A DNA stretch of 64,000 nucleotides from IMG/VR virus record IMGVR_UViG_3300046028_005277; one strand, 5' to 3'. Made by a program: the position numbers and the translations under genes. Origin of the DNA: a virus. How positions within the stretch are numbered: position 1 is the stretch's first letter; every line of letters begins with the position of its first letter. The notes beneath the pieces are model-generated. The model ran no database searches. It was not told the DNA's origin and saw only the letters and a program-made list of their open reading frames with translations. Below, one piece after another: positions 10,380 to 20,764 of this stretch.

Positions 10380-11207
10380 ATGCCATACATCACTCCGACA
10401 GACATAAAGTATTATCGTGTTAACGCAAACAACACGGCAATCGCTCAAAGCCCAATAGGCAATAGTGCTGCTCCAACAGAAGAAATAGCAGCTCCTCTTG
10501 AATCGCCAGGGACATTTTCAGTTCTTGCTAGTGTTACTGTTACAGGCTCTGCTACAACTTTTATAGACACCTTTGATGTGGGTCAATATTTATATTTTAT
10601 TGACAACACTGGTAACTTTCAACTTGTAGGGCAAATTGCAACAATCCCAACAAACACAAGCCTTACAATTACAGCCACTGCTGTAAACGAGCCTGAAGCT
10701 TCTAGTAAATTAGCAGCAGCTTATGCGCTTATTACAAATAATGAAAGCATATATGTTCGCATCCCAACTCTTAGTGGCGGTACAAATCAATTGAGTATGC
10801 CAAACTTTGGGCTGAATGGATGGAGACTTGGAAGCGGCCTCAATAACACATCGGTTTCTAGACTAGAGCAAATAAGTATTTCTGGCACTCCATTGAGCGA
10901 AGTATCTCCTGTTATAAACATACCATTTACATTCATCACAATGAATGTGTTTAATACTTCTGGTCAATCCGGTGGGGTAACCACTTATTTCAGAACAAGC
11001 GACGATTTCCCTGTTTTTGTTTGGATTAGAGTAACGCCAAGTATTGGGGCAAGTTCAACGCTTTCAAGCCAAACTCTATATAGATTCAACACAAACGAGA
11101 GTCAGCCGAATATTACTGTAGGGTTGAGTGTTTTACAAACAACACTATCTGCTGCTGGATACAATGTAGATACTAATCCTACTGGAGGTCAACAACCAAC
11201 ACAATAA
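10380..11207 (+). CDS. Virion structural protein, paralog of 9238-10344
   Basis: Same repeat module and a similar C-terminal half (ES(F/I)x(I/V)RIP...PN(W/F)...PxxITxxNVFNT). Confidence 0.6.
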   Translation: MPYITPTDIKYYRVNANNTAIAQSPIGNSAAPTEEIAAPLESPGTFSVLASVTVTGSATTFIDTFDVGQYLYFIDNTGNFQLVGQIATIPTNTSLTITATAVNEPEASSKLAAAYALITNNESIYVRIPTLSGGTNQLSMPNFGLNGWRLGSGLNNTSVSRLEQISISGTPLSEVSPVINIPFTFITMNVFNTSGQSGGVTTYFRTSDDFPVFVWIRVTPSIGASSTLSSQTLYRFNTNESQPNITVGLSVLQTTLSAAGYNVDTNPTGGQQPTQ

Positions 11208-11213
11208 AAGTGT

Positions 11214-13400
11214 ATGCCTACAGCAAGCATAGTTTTCCGCACGGCAGGGTACTCAACAAGAGTGGTTTCCACCATTAATGGTAACCCTTTTGTCGTAACA
11301 TCAAGATTAGCTGCATCGTATTTTGCTACGGTGGCTAATTCTGGGTATGCTATAACAAGCGGAAGTGCTGCTGCTTTTTTTTCAACTATCAGTGGGGCTT
11401 CGTTCTTATCAACAAGCAAAATTGATACGGCATTTTTTGAGACAGCCAATCCCAATATCCCAAGGGAGTTAAAGTTAAAAATTGGGCCATTAACAATAAA
11501 CTCCGACTACACATTTGTAGATGTTCCTGATGATACGGGGGAGTATAATGCAATCACCAATACTGGAGGTTACAACATTATCCCTGGCCCATATAATCCT
11601 TACAGACCATACAGAACTAATGTCCATCTATGGACTGTCTACAGGGTGTGGAATGTATATGGTAGCGATACTCAGAGTCCTTCTGACCAAAATGAGCAGG
11701 ACGATGATCCATACACCTATCAACTCACCTTCCCCACCACCACAAATGCTGATGGTACTACGGATATCATAAGAGGGATTTATGAGGTGATATTGATTGC
11801 AGCTCCGTTCTTTAATGAGAGTGCCTCTGGGGGAAAGTATGAAGATGATAGCGCAGGCACATATCACATTGTAGATGGATCTGCTGATTCCGTTTTTACT
11901 GATTTGGAAGAGGGAGACTATCTTTATTTTGTATCGGCTTCAACAGGGGAGCTTTTAGAAATAAATCAAGTTGACAAGGTATTTAGCGATACAAAACTAA
12001 ACCTTGAAGGAGGGCCTTTAAATTCAGCTAATCCAGACGAAAAGTTATACGGAAGTGCTACGGCTATTTCGGGAATGGAAACTGCTGGAGGAGTGGTGGA
12101 AAGTTATGAAAGTCTGCCCTACTACACTGTTACCTGTGATTTAACTGATTTTAGCGTAGGCTTTGATTATAGCAACTACCTGTACTATCTTGATGCTGTC
12201 ACAGGAGACTATAGAAGGCTTGGGCAGATTTTAGAAGCTCCAACGGCAGAAACTATAAACATCTACAATAGGTCTGAAAACACCCCGACTGGGTATGAAA
12301 TACTATGTGCTGCTGATATTAACCTAGATGATGTAGTTAAAAATTCCAATGGAACATTTGACACTATCGCTGGGCTTACAATAACCGGAACAGGTACTTC
12401 GTTCACCACTTTTGAGGTGGGGCAAACTTTATACTATCAGCTTTTCCTCGGAGAGTTGATGGAGATAGGGGTTATTGATGGTATTATAAGCGACACCGAA
12501 CTCACCATTTCTGCTACTGCTATAAACATCCCGACATTGGGGGATAGGCTGTTTGCTTCTACAACTCCGGGGATTGTTATAAACCCTTCTAACGGAGTTT
12601 ATCTTAGCATCTCTGCGGAAGAAACTTGCTACTTGCTTACTGGGGATGGGTCTTTGTTTCAAACAAACTTTGCTGTTGACGATTACATATACATTGTCAA
12701 CCCATCTGGAGAGTATAACCTTTTAGGTCAGGCAGGAGGATTCCCTATAGAGAGTATAATTGTATTCTACACACCTAATTCGATTGAAGTTAGTCCTGGT
12801 GATTGGGTGTGGGCAAATGTTGCTCCTATATCTTTAATTGACCTTGTTGGCACTTTTGTTGAATATACTACAGGAGCATACTTTAGTGTTGAAGGAGATG
12901 GAACAACATTCCTTTCTGCCTTTGAGCCGGAGCAGTACCTGTTCTATCTTGATGCCATCACAGGAAATTATTTCCCAATGGGGGAAATCTTCCAAGTGTA
13001 TGATGACACTCATGTATGGCTTTACGAAGCTCCTACAGGTAGTTTTACAACAGATGACTTCCTATATTCATCTTGGTCTTTAAACACCGATACTGCGGAC
13101 TACAGCACTTATAGGGGCGCAATAAATCTCTATGAGATAGCCGAGCAGTTTCCGGGATGGTATTTAGACTCTGTGGGAATTCTTGTGGATGATGATCTTA
13201 TAAATTGCATCATAAGAATGCGCTATGAGTTTTTACAACAAGTAATGTGTGGTAAATGCCCAGATGAATATCTTGAGACTTATGGCATCTATGTTTCTAT
13301 GATGAATGCTATAGACATTCAAGAATGGGCATCAGCAGTAACTCTTTACAACAAACTAAAAGAAATGTGTGCTACTATAGATTGTAGCTGCGGGTGTTAA
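11214..13400 (+). CDS. Acidic tail hub/fibre-anchoring protein with five beta-repeat modules
   Basis: 728 aa, D/E/Y-rich, repeats as above, Cys-rich end (CGKC...CATIDCSCGC). Confidence 0.55.
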   Translation: MPTASIVFRTAGYSTRVVSTINGNPFVVTSRLAASYFATVANSGYAITSGSAAAFFSTISGASFLSTSKIDTAFFETANPNIPRELKLKIGPLTINSDYTFVDVPDDTGEYNAITNTGGYNIIPGPYNPYRPYRTNVHLWTVYRVWNVYGSDTQSPSDQNEQDDDPYTYQLTFPTTTNADGTTDIIRGIYEVILIAAPFFNESASGGKYEDDSAGTYHIVDGSADSVFTDLEEGDYLYFVSASTGELLEINQVDKVFSDTKLNLEGGPLNSANPDEKLYGSATAISGMETAGGVVESYESLPYYTVTCDLTDFSVGFDYSNYLYYLDAVTGDYRRLGQILEAPTAETINIYNRSENTPTGYEILCAADINLDDVVKNSNGTFDTIAGLTITGTGTSFTTFEVGQTLYYQLFLGELMEIGVIDGIISDTELTISATAINIPTLGDRLFASTTPGIVINPSNGVYLSISAEETCYLLTGDGSLFQTNFAVDDYIYIVNPSGEYNLLGQAGGFPIESIIVFYTPNSIEVSPGDWVWANVAPISLIDLVGTFVEYTTGAYFSVEGDGTTFLSAFEPEQYLFYLDAITGNYFPMGEIFQVYDDTHVWLYEAPTGSFTTDDFLYSSWSLNTDTADYSTYRGAINLYEIAEQFPGWYLDSVGILVDDDLINCIIRMRYEFLQQVMCGKCPDEYLETYGIYVSMMNAIDIQEWASAVTLYNKLKEMCATIDCSCGC

Positions 13401-13404
13401 AATT

Positions 13405-16400
13405 ATGGCAACATTCCTTGATGACTTATCAATTTATAACGCAAAGGCATCGTTAGCAATAACGCAAGCTGGCCTTGATGGCAACACAGGCAAAGCCAAT
13501 CTAATGTCTTCTCTGAAGACTACGGCTAATGACCTAACGCTGTCAAGTGCTATAAGGCTCAATGCTCTTACGGCATTAATAAATGTTGGTAATCTTCTTG
13601 AGATTGCACTCCCGCCATATTTTCCAATATCTATTACATATGCTGACACTGTTACATATGTTGGCATTCACAACAACCTCTCTGGACTTCAGGGAGGCGG
13701 CCCAGGGGATTACTATCACCTAACGGCAGCAGAGAAGTCTGAAATTATTGGGAAGGTTAGTCCTTCTCAGTTAAGGTTTGCCAATTTGGTGGACAGCCCA
13801 TTTGACAATGCCCAACTTGGTTCCGTTCTAAATGGCAAGCAAAATGCTTTGAGCGGAACAGGGTTTGTTAGAATAAATGGGACAACGATATCTTATGACA
13901 ACTCCACATATTTAACAACTGTAAGCGGAGCTGCTGGAGGAGACCTTTCGGGGACATACCCAAATCCATCTATTCCCTCTGCGGTTGTGATGGCTAAAAC
14001 AATGGCGGGATGGAATACATCCTATCCATCCGGGACAGGGGCAATTTCTTCTTCGGATACGCTTTTAGTTGCGATTCAAAAATTAAATGTTTCGCTGAAT
14101 GGTTTTATAGCAAGCCCGTCTGGGGTGTCAACTGTGGCATTGAATATGTTGCCAAACACCATATTTGATAGTTCAATTACCCCACAATCAGGAGCTGTAA
14201 CATTGAGTTCATCCCTCAAGTCACAAACGGCTAATAAATTCTTAGCAGCTCCTAACGGCACAAACGGGATACCTTCATTTAGGGTGATGGTTCCTGATGA
14301 TGTTCCTAATTTAGGAACTAGCCCAGCAGGCACATACGGAGGTGGATCTCCTTTGCAAATCCCTGTCATTACGGTGGATGCTAAAGGTCGTGTGACTACT
14401 GTCTCATTAGCAGCGGCTACGGGATCGGGAACAGTAACAAGTGTTGGTATTGACCCTCCAGCCTACATAGATGCTGGTGCAGATGTTACAACATCGGGCA
14501 ACATTAGCTTGGCTTGGCAGAACACAATATCTCCCAATTATGTTTTTGCAGGGGCAGATGATGGAGAAACTTTAGGAGCTCCTGTTTTCCGTTCTCTTGT
14601 TGCTCTTGACATTCCAAGCATTACCCAAGATCAAGTGGATAACTTGTCGGGTGATTTGGCTAGTAAACTAAGCGGTGTTCTGAACACGAGTTTAATTTAC
14701 ATGGGGAATGGTAGTGGTGTAGCGGCTCAATCAGTAGTAGGTGGTGATTTAACGGCACTATACTCTGAGCCATTAAATGTAAACACCGCAACCTTCACTA
14801 TTAAAAACCAAGCTGTCACTTACAATAAGTTTGCGTTTATTCCTGATAGCCCTGAAAATCTTATAAGGCCAATTCTTCTTGGGCGGTTTAGCGAAAACCA
14901 AGGAGTTATGCAACAATTAACTCTTAGTGGTGACTTTACGCTTAACGATGAAACGGGAGAAATAGGACTATTAACGCCAAATCCTCCTGCGCTTACGGAT
15001 GCTGGAGACTTGCTTACATCAAGTGGAGCAAATGTACTTGAGCGACTTTCTCTTCCTGTAGACTACGACACAAAAGGCTATTTGCTTGTGCCGTATGTTG
15101 GCACTACTGCTCCTGATATTAAACTAATTTGGGGGGAAGTAGACGGAGATATAACATATGAGATTAATACAGTTGGTGCGCCTTTCCCAGAGTTTACTAT
15201 TGGCGATGGCAAGGTTACGCTTGCCAAGATGGCCAATCTTGGTGTTGATACAATTATAGGAAACAATGTAGCCCTGGGTGTCCCAAAAGCATTGAGTGTT
15301 ACAGAGGTGACGGCAATGTTAGAGCAGTTCACTTCTGACACCACAGGAGCAAGTCTTGGGAAAAAAGGTCTTGTTCCCCCAGCCAACATTACGCTTGCTG
15401 TAGGTGAGTTTATTACTGATTACTATCTAAACGCAAACGGTGGATGGTCTGTCCCTGCTGGAGGCGGAGGTTCTGGAACAGTGACATCCGTTTCTGTAGT
15501 ATCTGCAAACGGCTTTGCTGGCACTGTGGCCACGCCCACAGTTGCTGCTGCAATTACACTTAGCACAACAATTACAGGACTTCTTAAAGGAAATAGCACG
15601 GCTATTTCTGCTGCAACAGCAGGAACGGATTATGTTGCTCCTGGTGCAGCCACTAGTTCAGGACTTACAATGGCAACCTCAAGATTGCTTGGAAGGACAA
15701 CCGCATCAACAGGAGCAATTGAAGAGATAACCTTAACTACTACAGGAACAAGCGGAGCAGCAACTTTAACAGCAGGAAATCTTAACATTCCACAATATAG
15801 TGGAGGAGGCGGTAGTGGAACGGTAAATCCGGGAGACCAATACGCATTGGCATTTTATCCTAATGCAAGTGGTGGTACGGTTGTAGATGATGTCACTATT
15901 TCAACCACTAATGGAACGAACTTTTTAACACAAGTTATTTCAGGTGGTTCTGCTTCTGCTATGCCAGCATGGGTGGTAGCGCAAACAGCAATGAATACAC
16001 TTGCTGGTGCTGTAACAACAGGTCAATATTTGCGTGGTAACAGCACAAATGTGATTATGTCCGCAATCCAAGTTGGGGATGTACCTACGCTTAATCAGAA
16101 CACAACAGGAAGTGCGGCATCCTTAACAACGGCAAGAACAATATTAACAGACCTTGCTTCTACGACAGCGGGTTCCTTTAACGGAACAGCAGATATAAAT
16201 GTTGGCGTAACAGGGGTGCTTCCAATCGCACGAGGTGGCACTGCTGTAAATACAGTTCCTGCAAATGGACAACTTTTGATTGGTAATGGAACGGGATATA
16301 CGGTTGCTGCACTTACAGCGGGAGCGGGTATTACCATAACAAATGGAGCGGGGACAATTACATTGGGTTCGTCTGCTGCTTCCCCCGCTCTAAACAATAT

Positions 16401-17745
16401 AGTTGCCTCTACAGGTTCAAACACTCCAATTAATAATGTACTCAGCACTATACAATGGAATTGGAATAGCAATTTAACAACGAATGCGTTTGTTCTAAAT
16501 TCCACTTCTATGACAACAGGAGCGTTGCTTGCTGTAACACATACAACAAGTGCGTTTACGGGGACAGGTATTGTTTCATTTACTTCTACGGCTGTTACAT
16601 CTGGAAATATCTTATCAGTGGCGCATAGTTCAAGTTCTTTGTCGGGAAATGTTGCTTCGTTTACATCCACTACGGTGACCTCTGGAAGTATTTTAAATCT
16701 TGGCATAACTGGAACAGGAGCCTCTGCAAAAAATCTTGTTATTACCAACGCATCAACCGGAAACACTTCTGGGCGTGGAATTGATGTATTAATAAGTGGA
16801 ACAACAGCATCGGCCACCACTTATGGTGCGTATATATCTAACACAAAAATCACGGGTACGGCTGCTTATGCGTTGTATCTAAATACCTCTGCTACTGCTA
16901 CAACCAATTATGGATTACAGATTAATGCTTCTGGAGGAACCACCAATTATGCAATTGATGTTGTGGCTGGTATTTCTCGGTTTGGAGTAGGAACGGCAAG
17001 TGTTCCTCAATTAATTCTTACGCCTTCAACAGCGGCAGGAGGAACAACATTTTCAGGGACAGTGAATGGCTCATTGTGGTATGACACCAATAGCACAATA
17101 ACCAATTCAAGCCTTACGCTTTACAAAGATTCTGCACCTACAAAAATCCTCACCAAAGACCGCAATCCAGACTTTATTACAAGCGCACAAGGCGTTGTTG
17201 TGGCAGATGCAAGCGGTAATTTCACAAAGTCTGCCGACCTGACGGCTTTGGGGATATTTACTCAGACAAATACAATACCGGTAGCCAATACAGCAACCTC
17301 TACAACACTACTTGGAACATTAATTGGAAGCTCCACATTACCTGCTAATTTCTTTGCAGTAGGTAAAACGATTAAAATATTTGTATCAGGAACTTATAAC
17401 CAAGACGCAGGGAGTGAAGTTTGTGCATTAAAATTGACCATCGGTGGTGTAGCAGTTGGAACAATTACCTTTACTCATAGTGGAGGTTTGACAACTGTTT
17501 ATTATGATGCAGAGTTTACATTAACTTGCAGAACAATCGGAGCATCTGGAACTCTTCAATTTTTGGGTATAGGAAGGTTAAATCATACTGGAAGTAGTTT
17601 ATTAAACTTTTTTCAGGTAAGCAGTACATCTGCATCAATCAATACCACAGGAACACTTGCCATTGATTTGCAAGCCGATTGGGTGAACGCAAATGCTGAT
17701 AATTCTATTACTGCTTCAATTGTTACCGCTACCTACCTAAACTAA
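13405..17745 (+). CDS. Long tail fibre protein
   Basis: 1446 aa, very T/G/S/A-rich; fibre motifs GSGTVTSV, LPIARGGT, GAGITITNGAGTITL. Confidence 0.8.
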   Translation: MATFLDDLSIYNAKASLAITQAGLDGNTGKANLMSSLKTTANDLTLSSAIRLNALTALINVGNLLEIALPPYFPISITYADTVTYVGIHNNLSGLQGGGPGDYYHLTAAEKSEIIGKVSPSQLRFANLVDSPFDNAQLGSVLNGKQNALSGTGFVRINGTTISYDNSTYLTTVSGAAGGDLSGTYPNPSIPSAVVMAKTMAGWNTSYPSGTGAISSSDTLLVAIQKLNVSLNGFIASPSGVSTVALNMLPNTIFDSSITPQSGAVTLSSSLKSQTANKFLAAPNGTNGIPSFRVMVPDDVPNLGTSPAGTYGGGSPLQIPVITVDAKGRVTTVSLAAATGSGTVTSVGIDPPAYIDAGADVTTSGNISLAWQNTISPNYVFAGADDGETLGAPVFRSLVALDIPSITQDQVDNLSGDLASKLSGVLNTSLIYMGNGSGVAAQSVVGGDLTALYSEPLNVNTATFTIKNQAVTYNKFAFIPDSPENLIRPILLGRFSENQGVMQQLTLSGDFTLNDETGEIGLLTPNPPALTDAGDLLTSSGANVLERLSLPVDYDTKGYLLVPYVGTTAPDIKLIWGEVDGDITYEINTVGAPFPEFTIGDGKVTLAKMANLGVDTIIGNNVALGVPKALSVTEVTAMLEQFTSDTTGASLGKKGLVPPANITLAVGEFITDYYLNANGGWSVPAGGGGSGTVTSVSVVSANGFAGTVATPTVAAAITLSTTITGLLKGNSTAISAATAGTDYVAPGAATSSGLTMATSRLLGRTTASTGAIEEITLTTTGTSGAATLTAGNLNIPQYSGGGGSGTVNPGDQYALAFYPNASGGTVVDDVTISTTNGTNFLTQVISGGSASAMPAWVVAQTAMNTLAGAVTTGQYLRGNSTNVIMSAIQVGDVPTLNQNTTGSAASLTTARTILTDLASTTAGSFNGTADINVGVTGVLPIARGGTAVNTVPANGQLLIGNGTGYTVAALTAGAGITITNGAGTITLGSSAASPALNNIVASTGSNTPINNVLSTIQWNWNSNLTTNAFVLNSTSMTTGALLAVTHTTSAFTGTGIVSFTSTAVTSGNILSVAHSSSSLSGNVASFTSTTVTSGSILNLGITGTGASAKNLVITNASTGNTSGRGIDVLISGTTASATTYGAYISNTKITGTAAYALYLNTSATATTNYGLQINASGGTTNYAIDVVAGISRFGVGTASVPQLILTPSTAAGGTTFSGTVNGSLWYDTNSTITNSSLTLYKDSAPTKILTKDRNPDFITSAQGVVVADASGNFTKSADLTALGIFTQTNTIPVANTATSTTLLGTLIGSSTLPANFFAVGKTIKIFVSGTYNQDAGSEVCALKLTIGGVAVGTITFTHSGGLTTVYYDAEFTLTCRTIGASGTLQFLGIGRLNHTGSSLLNFFQVSSTSASINTTGTLAIDLQADWVNANADNSITASIVTATYLN

Positions 17746-17746
17746 T

Positions 17747-18601
17747 ATGCCACTAACAGCCCTCGGAGGAGACGCAGGAACTGTCGTAATTGGGGACACC
17801 ACCACAGCGGTGTTTCCACAAACGCTACATCCAAATGTCGTGGCTTACATTGCTGCTCAGGCAAGTATTGGGTATGCAATGACACGCACAGAAATTGATG
17901 CTGTAAATAATTTAGTATGGAATATGGTTGGCATGGACTTGTGGGACAAGATGCAAATAATATATCCGTGCATCGGAAACAACGCAGCCTCGTTTAAATG
18001 GAACCTAAAAGACACCACAACATTTAATATAACTTTTGCAGGAAGTTGGGTGTACGCATCCACGGGAATGCAAGTTGCTGCTGCAAACACTGCTAATAGA
18101 GGATTAACTGGATACACGCCTTCTGTTAATCAAACATTAGGGGATGCTCATATAAGCGTTTATGTACGAAATTTTTATACGGCAGGAACAAATGGGTCTA
18201 TTTTTGGAAGTTATGTTTCAATATTGGGCGGCGGTACAATGATAGGAATAAGTTCTCAAGTGGCTGGTTCTACGGATGGTTGGTGTATAAATATAGGAGG
18301 TTCATCTGGCAGAATTTCTATGTCTGGATATACTGGCGGTATGTTTACCACATCAAGACTTACAGCAAGTAGTTATGCTTCTAATGTGCTTAATAATAAT
18401 GCAAGAAGTACAGTACTTCCGGCAACATCTGGAACAAGAGTTACAGCAGAAATTTGGATAGGTACAGCTAACGGTGCTATTGCTTGCCAACCTCAAGAAA
18501 TTGCTTTTGCAACCATTGGACTTGGGCTTAATCAAAGAAACATAATTAACCTATACAATATTGTTCAATCTTTCCAAACAGCATTAGGAAGACAAGTTTA
18601 A
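17747..18601 (+). CDS. Tail fibre-associated structural protein
   Basis: 284 aa directly after the fibre; AVNNLV...LWDKMQIIYP...NLK pattern recurrent in Bacteroidota phage tail regions. Confidence 0.55.
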   Translation: MPLTALGGDAGTVVIGDTTTAVFPQTLHPNVVAYIAAQASIGYAMTRTEIDAVNNLVWNMVGMDLWDKMQIIYPCIGNNAASFKWNLKDTTTFNITFAGSWVYASTGMQVAAANTANRGLTGYTPSVNQTLGDAHISVYVRNFYTAGTNGSIFGSYVSILGGGTMIGISSQVAGSTDGWCINIGGSSGRISMSGYTGGMFTTSRLTASSYASNVLNNNARSTVLPATSGTRVTAEIWIGTANGAIACQPQEIAFATIGLGLNQRNIINLYNIVQSFQTALGRQV

Positions 18602-18605
18602 AATT

Positions 18606-18995
18606 ATGCCTACAAAACAATACCAAGGGTTCACCCTTTATCAAATCAGTAATCAGCCCACCATCCCTGATATGGAGCGTTGGGTAAGTTGGTCTGGACT
18701 TGACATTGAATGCGACCCAGAGTATGGGTTTTACATCAAGATGAAGTACCGCCTTTGGGCATTCATTAATGATGTGGAGATTCCAATTGCTCCCGGTGCA
18801 GTGTATGTTAGCCTCATTGCCGACAACAGCACTTGCGTAGATTCTAACGGGGATATAGTCCCTTGCGGAACTCCGGGCAGTGTAGGTGAATACGACTTCT
18901 ACATGGGGATGTGGGACACACCTGTTATCATTGAAGATTTCGTGGTGAGTAAGTTATATTGGGCAGATTCTCAAGGCCGTTTTAACACTTTCTAA
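18606..18995 (+). CDS. Hypothetical protein (tail-associated)
   Basis: 129-aa ORF tightly packed in the operon. Confidence 0.55.
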   Translation: MPTKQYQGFTLYQISNQPTIPDMERWVSWSGLDIECDPEYGFYIKMKYRLWAFINDVEIPIAPGAVYVSLIADNSTCVDSNGDIVPCGTPGSVGEYDFYMGMWDTPVIIEDFVVSKLYWADSQGRFNTF

Positions 18996-19448
18996 ATGCA
19001 AGACTGGAGCATCATACTTGTCAGGAATGAGAAGGGAACATGGCTCCAGCGTCTGTATTGGCAAGCCATCAGATGGGCTACAAAGAGTCAATACAACCAT
19101 TGCCAACTTGTACGCAGCTTCAACGGCAAGCTATACATCTGCGAGAGCGATGTGTCCGGCTTCCGTGTAACTAAGACATTACAGAAGTGGCAGGAGGAGC
19201 AGATAGTGCTACAGCGCAAGTTTGTTGTCATTAACATATTCGGCTACACAGAGCATAGGTTTAACAGCTTGCTTGGCAACAAGTATGATGCTGGCTATTG
19301 GACATACCTCACAAAGCGGTATAGTAGCATGGCTTCCACAAATTGCTTTCAAAGTGTGGCATACATTTTTAAGTTTCCACAGCCTTGGCTCGCTACGGCA
19401 AACACCTTTTTAAATCATGGCAGAAAAAAAGTTCACAGCAACGATTAA
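18996..19448 (+). CDS. Permuted papain-like NlpC/P60 amidase (YiiX/YebB-like)
   Basis: His first (SQYNHCQLV) and catalytic Cys late (TNCFQSVAYIF), the circularly permuted NlpC/P60 order. Confidence 0.65.
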   Translation: MQDWSIILVRNEKGTWLQRLYWQAIRWATKSQYNHCQLVRSFNGKLYICESDVSGFRVTKTLQKWQEEQIVLQRKFVVINIFGYTEHRFNSLLGNKYDAGYWTYLTKRYSSMASTNCFQSVAYIFKFPQPWLATANTFLNHGRKKVHSND

Positions 19449-19647
19449 TGGCAAAACTCGTTCCTTCGGGGCGAAGGGCTATTCCATTTCCCCAGGAACA
19501 CCAAAGGGCGATAATTATTGCGCTCGTTCGAGCGGGATTAAAACCTGCAAGAACCCTCCTTGTGCCAATGCCCTTTCTCGTAAAGCCTGGGGATGTGTTG
19601 GAAAGAAGAGCGTAGCATCGAAGGCCGTTAAATACACGAGGAAATGA
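19417..19647 (+). CDS. Small basic Cys-containing phage protein
   Basis: KTRSFGAKGY...NYCARSSGI...ANALSRKAWGC pattern seen in aquatic phages. Confidence 0.6.
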   Translation: MAEKKFTATINGKTRSFGAKGYSISPGTPKGDNYCARSSGIKTCKNPPCANALSRKAWGCVGKKSVASKAVKYTRK

Positions 19648-19856
19648 AAGGGATAATAGAGAAGGACGATTTGTTTTTAGCTTTCATTATGCTTGGCTTT
19701 ATGTCGTGGCTAACATTTGAAGTGTATACATTCAGGAGGCAGGCCGTAGAACGCCTAGATAAGATAGAAGACAGGATGCTGTTGATGGCTATAGGACAAA
19801 AGCATATTGTTCATACACAAGATACTATTTTGAGTAGAATAGAAACCATCCGTTGA
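19644..19856 (+). CDS. Small membrane protein (1 TM plus coiled coil)
   Basis: ATGA overlap; hydrophobic segment LFLAFIMLGFMSWLTF. Confidence 0.55.
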   Translation: MKGIIEKDDLFLAFIMLGFMSWLTFEVYTFRRQAVERLDKIEDRMLLMAIGQKHIVHTQDTILSRIETIR

Positions 19857-19885
19857 TTATATTTGCGAAACAATTAAATATAATT

Positions 19886-20296
19886 ATGTCTGTTACAAAC
19901 AAAAATTTGTTGACGCTTCGCTCATTCAGCGAGATGCTGTCCAAAACTCCAGATGCGGCTGACCTTATGCCCATCACACACCTCTCCCGTTTAACAAAGA
20001 AGTTCTCTTCTCTTTATGAAGCCTACGATGAGGCTCTAGAAGACCTTCGCCTTGATCATTGCTACAAGGAGGGAAACAAGATTGTCCGTGATGAGAAAGG
20101 AAACTTCCAATGGACTGCAGAGGGGGAGAAAGCATTCCGCAAAGAGTTCAAGGATCTATTGAACAAGGAGGTGGAACTTCCTGAACATTCTCCATTAAGC
20201 TATGATGCTTTGTGTGATGTAATGGGAGATGGCTTTGCCAAGAACAATCCTTGGGAAGTGATGTCCGAAGCATTGGCTCCGTTCTACACGAACTAA
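19886..20296 (+). CDS. Hypothetical protein (tail chaperone-like)
   Basis: Helical acidic protein; A-rich leader before ATG 19886, preceded by a TATATTTG -7 element at 19858-19865. Confidence 0.55.
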   Translation: MSVTNKNLLTLRSFSEMLSKTPDAADLMPITHLSRLTKKFSSLYEAYDEALEDLRLDHCYKEGNKIVRDEKGNFQWTAEGEKAFRKEFKDLLNKEVELPEHSPLSYDALCDVMGDGFAKNNPWEVMSEALAPFYTN

Positions 20297-20523
20297 TGAA
20301 GATATTCAACAGCGAAGTACACGATACAGCCTTGGTGTTCATTTGTTTGAACATCTTCCTTTGCTCTGTCTATTCCTTTATAACAATGGAATTAGAATTG
20401 CCAGCAATAGGACGCAAGGATGTTTTTATGATTGTGTGGTTCGCTGTTGTCTTCTCTTTTGTTTATTGGCTTGCCAATTACGCCAGCAATCACTTTAAAA
20501 AATACGATGAGAATGAAGACTAA
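20296..20523 (+). CDS. Two-TM membrane protein, holin candidate
   Basis: TAATG coupling; two hydrophobic helices and a charged C-tail; in the lysis cluster. Confidence 0.45.
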   Translation: MKIFNSEVHDTALVFICLNIFLCSVYSFITMELELPAIGRKDVFMIVWFAVVFSFVYWLANYASNHFKKYDENED

Positions 20524-20764
20524 TGTGGAGCTAATTCTACAAGTTAAGCTGTCTTTTATTGAGCTAGTGAAGGATAGCCCCGTTCTAATCTATGTGGCTT
20601 TCTACGAACCACTTCACGATTGGCTCATAAACATAGCAGAAGGATGGAATCCCGTTCTACAATTAGCCCTTAATATCATGGCGTTCATATACGGGGTGGC
20701 CCGGCTTCTTCCGGTGTTTAACAATTGGTTTGGGAAGGGCCAGCAACCAAACGAAGAGGCATGA
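20507..20764 (+). CDS. Membrane protein, holin/antiholin candidate
   Basis: MRMKT start; hydrophobic segments; in the lysis cluster. Confidence 0.4.
   Translation: MRMKTNVELILQVKLSFIELVKDSPVLIYVAFYEPLHDWLINIAEGWNPVLQLALNIMAFIYGVARLLPVFNNWFGKGQQPNEEA

Noticed and set aside
14076-16820. Long antisense ORFs within the tail fibre (and similar ones over MCP, terL and cargo genes)
   Set aside because: Expected shadows of biased codon usage (T/G/A/S-rich coding); no promoters or motifs.
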